Assembly (NCBI GenBank): GCA_051942205.1
Contig: JAVECO010000029.1
Span: 62,001 to 126,000, forward strand
Reading direction: 5' to 3'
DNA: 64,000 nt
DNA from: Coniocarpon cinnabarinum
Lineage: Eukaryota
The position numbers were made by a program, and so were the translations under genes. A model generated the notes under the pieces. It did no database searches. It had not been told where the DNA came from and was given only the letters and a program-made list of their open reading frames with translations. Below, one piece after another: positions 59,623 to 64,000 of the stretch (the stretch's first letter is position 1; every line of letters starts with the position of its first letter).

Positions 59623-60027
59623 TGTAAGCGCGGAAGATGACAAAAGGTGCAGGTTCAGTGAAGCAGGTATCTAATATCTAATGGGTACATGTAGGACACT
59701 TTAATCCTTCCATTGTCACTGCATCACGTTATAACTAGCGTACTGCAATGCGATAAATATCACAAAAGTCGTCCGAGGATACGTCGATAGGTACCTTCCT
59801 TCATACGCTAGTCACACCACCTGCTGGCATGTGTCTCCGACCCTTTAAGAGGCTCAGACCTCACATGGGCAGCTCTTGATCAGTGTTGTTGTACCTCCTC
59901 GGTCTTTGGGTATAAGCTCAGCCCAATTTCGGTCTCGCGCCACACACGTTGCATCTGCGCAACAACGAGTTATGCGATTAGCCACGACCTCCCTTGCGAC
60001 ACCGATGGTGGACTGAGTCTTCCATGA

Positions 60028-62011
60028 ATGTCATTCGTTGCACAGGAAGAACAATGCGAAAGCGCACAGGCCTCGGGCGGGCTGGAAAACGCTTCCGCGC
60101 CGTCAGAAATTCAGGGCCAGGATGCTCGCACCAGTCCAGCCACAAGACGCAGATCTGGCGCCACACCTCATCGCCTTTCTTCCGCCAGCCGAGAGTCTGC
60201 GAGAAAAGACTCGGAGCAAAACGAGCGACCAAGGAAAAGACGCAAAGTGAATCGTGGTAGGTATTGGCGCGCTCGCGCCTGGTTCGTTTGCGTATACTGA
60301 CACTTGTCCTTGGGACAGCATGTGTATATTGCAAGCGATCGGTACGGCTCAGCCCTTGACCTTGTGCGACCATGGTGGATATCTGCTGTAGTCCGTATTA
60401 CTGACTGGGAGTATTTGCACCTCAATAGCACATGACATGTGACCAGGTATTTGGATTCTCATCCTTCCCACTCGTAGACGCATCTTCCGCTCCTTTTTGC
60501 TAAGCGTGTCCATGTACAATTAGCAACGACCTTGCACTCGATGTCTCAAGCGAAGTATTGGCCATTTATGTCATGATGAGCCTCGTGAAGCGCCGAAGAA
60601 GACGTCCAAGCTCGAGTCCGAGCGTGCGACAGACGCTGAGAACGCCTTAAATCAGCCAGCGCCGAGCGACACTCATCTGACTTCGCACAGTCAGCAGCAG
60701 TATGGTCGAACAGAGCCAGGTCCTGAGGTGGCATCCGTCGCTCAACAAGGGCCGAGCGCCAGTGATACGTCCCGTTCAGACCAGGTCGCGCCAGCTGCCT
60801 CCCTTAGCTCTGTGAATCAAAGTTGTAGGTTGCTCAATTTTGGAAACATTTGTTCAACGTGGCGCAAATTAATGCAGACGTTTGCGACAGATTTAAATCA
60901 CGACCATTGGCCAGGCACTCAGGATGTGTTTACAGACTTTTCAAACCTGTTTACTCCCAACTACACTTTCAATACCTCAGAACTCACAAACGAATACAAT
61001 CTCCTTAACGACTTCTTAAATAGCAGCCTTCTCGACGACACGCCAGTGCACGGCGAATCAGGCCACACAACGTCGCAACCGCAAGAGTCATTGGTGACGT
61101 CGTCCGCCGCAGCCACCATGAACAACAACGACCTATTTGCTGTCGCACCTGGTCCTGGCCAGAATTGCTTGCAAATGCCTATGCCTCTCGATTCCGCCCC
61201 ATTCCGGACCAATACCAATGCCTCTGAGGAGAAAAAGAAGGAGACATACTATTTGACGGCAGCTGATCCGGGAGGCACGGGTGACGACCGAATGGACAAA
61301 ATGCTCAAAGCGAAGATCGACGCAGGAATGCTACGACCGTTCAACTACGCTAAGGCTTGGGGTGCCCTCAATGAATGGTTGACAAGAAACGTCCAACCTG
61401 CATCTCGCGACCGAATTACCAAGCAGTTCGAGAATTTCCGACCCAAATTTCGGCAGCGTACCGAGAAGCTGACTGACGTCGAATTGACTAAAGTCGAATG
61501 GTGGTTCGAGCGACAATTGATGGAATACGACAGAGTCTTTGCAAGCATGGCTATTCCAGCTTGTTGCTGGCGCCGCACTGGTGGCATTCATCGGGGAAAC
61601 CGTGAGATGGCTGAGCTCTTAAAAGTCCGTGGCGTCGAAGAGCTCAGAGATGTACGCAAGACACACAACACTCGATCTTCAGGAACGCAAGCTAATAAGC
61701 AATTTGTTAGGGAGAACTGGCATTACAACACATCATGACAGAGAAATCTTTTGCGGACTATTGGGAAAGGTTTACTACTGTAGCTTTTGATGCAGCGTCC
61801 AAGGGGGTGATGACTGAATGTACGCTGAAGCCTCAGAACGGTGGAGGCCCATTTCACTGCTCCTTCTCCTTCACTGTAGTACGGGACAACCACCAAGTGT
61901 GAGTGCTGGAATCATCAACAAACTGCCGCTACTGACACCAAATCGCAAAGGCCAGCATTGATCGTCGGACACTTCCTTCCCGACTCGACGTCGCAGCGAG
62001 ATTCCAGTTGA
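60028..62011 (+). CDS. RDS2: Zn2Cys6 transcription factor Rds2/AcuM-like; multi-exon
   Basis: KRRKVNRA|CVYCKRS|HMTCDQ|QRPCTRCLKRSIGHLCHDEPRE; YYLTAADP; LRPFNY; EYDRVFASMAIPACCWRRTG; ends LIVGHFLP..SS*. Confidence 0.88.
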
Positions 62012-62209
62012 TGAAGAACAGAATGCCTGGCAGATGTAATTACCTGCTCAATGTGTACTGCTGAGAGTCTTAAATACAGCAAAGGGAGGTACTGAACGGC
62101 GCCGCGGAATATGCCTCGTCCACGTGCCCGCCCACGTGACCGCTTCTTCATACGTGCCCGATTTCAAGCTTCTTCCCCGATGACATATCCAAGTGAGTCA
62201 GCTCAGACC

Positions 62210-64000
62210 ATGCCAGCAGGTAGCAGCAAAGCATCGGAACGAGTTACCACTGAGTTATTAAGCAAGTTCGCTGCGTAAGACTGACCGCCTGTACATCCCG
62301 CTTACCTTGGGCGCAGGCTTTGGCAAAAGATTGTCTCAGCGCGACTCCCTCACCAACGACGCTAAAGTCGTAGCGGAGTTGAAAAGGTACCTACTGTCTC
62401 GAATCCCTTCTTGCTTCAACCTAATGCAGTCTATCTGTTTCGATTGCAATGCCTGCGGACATGGCGCCTCGCGACCCCTTACTAAGTTTCAGAAACGCTG
62501 GGAATGTGGTTTTTGGGCTGACGCGCTCTGTGGAAGCAACTTAATCACTCTTCAGACAACTCAATTGTTTATCCAGAGGCAGCATGCTGCGGAGCTGGAT
62601 CAATGTGGCACTGACTTGTGGAATCTCGCTGTGCGCTTAAGAAGCAGCAACGAGAACGATGTTAAAATTGTTGTCCTCACTCGCGTCTTCGCCTTCCATT
62701 TGCTGCACGCTGCAAAACCAGCAAATGAGCGAAGTAGGCATAACAATTTACGATTGCTGAAGGCCGCAAACAAATCGGCAAAACTTTGCCTGGAGCACAA
62801 CGACTGTGGCAATGCGCAAAACATCTTGAGCTGTGCAGCCTCGACGACAGACGTTCTCGACCGGGAAGAGAATGGCGCCAAGGACTCACGGCTACATCGA
62901 GCGTCAAATGACGACGTTGAAGCTCCAACCAGAGCTAGCATGGTCGAGTATTTAACATTGAGAGTGATGTTGGTAAGTATAGCTTTGGCCGTTCTTTATA
63001 TTCACTTAGACATCATCAGCTGATAAGGCGAAGGCATGGAAGCAGGAACGGCTTGAAATTGCCGAAGCGATGTACAACAAAGCTGAGGCGCGCAAAGACT
63101 GGATCCAGCCGGTGGAAGCTGAATCCTTAGCCGATCTGCTCTACGAAATCGGCAAAACTCTCTACAAACGAGGCGATAGCTATGCCGCTTCGCAATGGCT
63201 AGAACGCGCACATCAAACGCTAGCGGCGCACGAGCAGGACCGTCTAAGCGATGATGCAGGGGACCTAAGGTTGTCTGTCTTACATTTATTGGGTACATGG
63301 CATATTTTCCAATTATGGTTGTGGCAATGTACTAACCCTCCTGGTCAAAGTAAGAAGTCTACTTGATGATGACCGCGCAAAAACGCAAGACCGAGCGCGT
63401 CAGCTGCTTGGTTTAATGGAAAGTGTATGTGACAAGAGCTGCAACGCCGCGAACCTGGCTAACGCATGAAGGATTATGGTGGAAAATTGGCTGTCTTCAC
63501 CTTGCAGCTCGACCAGGCCAGTCGCCGTGACAATTTTGATGCAGAATCGTTCTACGCCGGTAGGAACATTTGATGTCGCTGATGATGCGGTGTTTCTGAC
63601 ATCGATTAGCACTTCACAAAATGATTCGGACAGTTCACCTGACTTCAACTAATTTCAAACTAATTTTACATCAGATTCATAAGCTGAAGACGCATGAGTA
63701 AGCCATTTTATAGTCATTGAAGTAGTCGTGCGTCTTGAGCAATGACTGATCCACGCTATAGTCAAGACTTGTCTTGCAGAGCTTTGGATGACTTGCTGAC
63801 ATTGAGACTGTTTGTTGACCGTCAGACGGAATGGGCAGAGAGAGCCCTCGTTACGAGATTTTGGCTAACAACCATGAATCCTTCAACGTTTGAGCTTACG
63901 CCGATCACAGACTTACTTGAGCGTTTTACGGACAGTATTGGTTGTTCGCTCAGCTCTACGGCGACACATGCGGCTCAAACAATTTTCTGGAAACTTGTGG
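62210..64000 (+). CDS. SPO22: Meiotic TPR protein Spo22/Zip4-like, multi-exon, 3' end beyond window edge
   Basis: ELDQCGTDLWN, RVFAFHLL, AESLADLLYEIGK, QWLERA helical-repeat motifs; several short introns. Confidence 0.78.

Noticed and set aside
1..64000. tRNA or rRNA genes
   Set aside because: GTTCGA-like hits (for example near 12640, 28508, 45042) lack cloverleaf context; no rRNA signatures recognised by eye.

Overview
Gene-dense window from a filamentous ascomycete (Pezizomycotina) nuclear genome with short GT-AG introns and CTAAC/CTGAC branch sites; not prokaryotic, no CRISPR. Conserved genes in order: SNF2/RING helicase (ULS1-like, runs off the left edge), 6-phosphofructo-2-kinase, secreted carboxylesterase, RNH201, MIF2/CENP-C, tubulin cofactor B, a Myb transcription factor, TRM9, a Pro/Gln glycine-zipper protein, RPN13, RPL6, OPI3, VTC2/3, flavocytochrome b2, RET1/RPC2, LYS2, PCC1, RDS2/AcuM and SPO22/ZIP4 (runs off the right edge). 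Two things stand out. (1) The last CENP-C intron is 1469 nt and carries, about 55 nt before its own branch site, a 35-nt near-perfect copy of the 5' functional core of fungal U2 snRNA, including GTAGTA. The neighbouring convergent cofactor B gene also has a 1325-nt intron. (2) An accessory island at about 29-40 kb holds two degenerate USP-fold genes, a hidden multi-exon PD-(D/E)XK-like gene and a convergent kinase-like gene with an altered catalytic loop. All calls are by eye from motifs and recalled consensus sequences; no searches were run.
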